A stretch of 64,000 nucleotides of DNA. Origin: Chiloscyllium plagiosum. Lineage: Eukaryota. The notes beneath the pieces are model-generated. The model did no database searches. It was not told the origin of the DNA and saw only the letters and a program-made list of their open reading frames with translations. The stretch is from the NCBI RefSeq assembly GCF_004010195.1, contig NC_057750.1, forward strand, positions 16,012,550 through 16,076,549. The letters are read 5' to 3'. Made by a program: the position numbers and the translations under genes. Shown one piece after another: positions 63,301 to 64,000 of this stretch. Each line of letters opens with the position of its first letter. The stretch's first letter is position 1.

Positions 63301-64000
63301 TTTGTGGACTTTTTGAAATCGTGTCCCTCGGACATTTTTAAGTGAATATGGTCAGTCATGGTGCCACCTTGTTTTTTTTTTGCCAGTCATTGAAAGGAGA
63401 AGCAAGGTATAAATTCCATACCACATATCCATTCTATGTTTCTTTCTTCACAAGATAACAGTTTTAATATACCAAATAGGAATCGTTCCATTTTAAGAAA
63501 TTTAAGCTACAAAAGTGGAGATAAATTCTTTGCACAGACAGTATTAACAAATGGAATATTCAGGAATGAGGAAGTTTAGTTTACAGATGGATCAAGTTCA
63601 CTGGTGACAAATAAAATTGCCATTTGGCTATTTTCACCAGCTTTACTGAAACACCAATTGTGATCCGATTTTGAGATGATGTGAAATGTGATTTACTACA
63701 TGTTAGTAAAAATATAGTATATCCACCATACAGAGAAATTGAACTGCAGTTTAATATTTAGGGTTGGCTAAAGTTTGAGCAATCTCTTTTACCAAGTCTG
63801 TATCTTCTGAAGTCCCAAGATGTTACCTATTCCAGAAGGTATCAGATGGGACAGTGTAGGCTGCATTGTTCATGCAGCATCACTATGCACTGTTGAAATG
63901 GGAAGAAATTGAAGGGCTTCTGTTCGTAATTCTGTAGCTGAGTGGTACTCTGACGTTTCACTGAACTAGTTTGGAATGGCACTTCATATGTGGTTTTACA
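60383..64000 (+). other. ZC3H4: ZC3H4 3' UTR / downstream region (true end unknown); candidate AATAAA at 61615, 62224, 62397, 63610
   Basis: follows the stop codon; AT-rich; no recognisable TE, unlike the introns. Confidence 0.6.

Overview
This is eukaryotic, intron-rich genomic DNA, most likely from a shark (inferred from HE1-like SINEs and abundant CR1 LINEs). It holds the last ten coding exons and the 3' UTR of one plus-strand gene, ZC3H4 (the CCCH zinc-finger subunit of the Restrictor complex); the 5' exons lie upstream of the window. The exons splice in frame to 3723 nt (1240 aa plus stop), and the intron between zinc fingers 2 and 3 is a U12-type AT-AC intron (42048-47526). Introns are packed with CR1 and Rex/Babar LINE fragments, SINEs, solo LTRs and MITEs, and there is one N gap. 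The most striking non-genic signal is about 20 short Penelope-like (GIY-YIG) elements from at least three families. Their termini carry a minimal hammerhead-ribozyme core, they mostly inserted as inverted hairpins with one 30-40 nt tail and 9-17 bp TSDs, and two have been extended into near-perfect palindromes that include flanking host DNA. Repeat boundaries were read by eye and are approximate unless a TSD is quoted.
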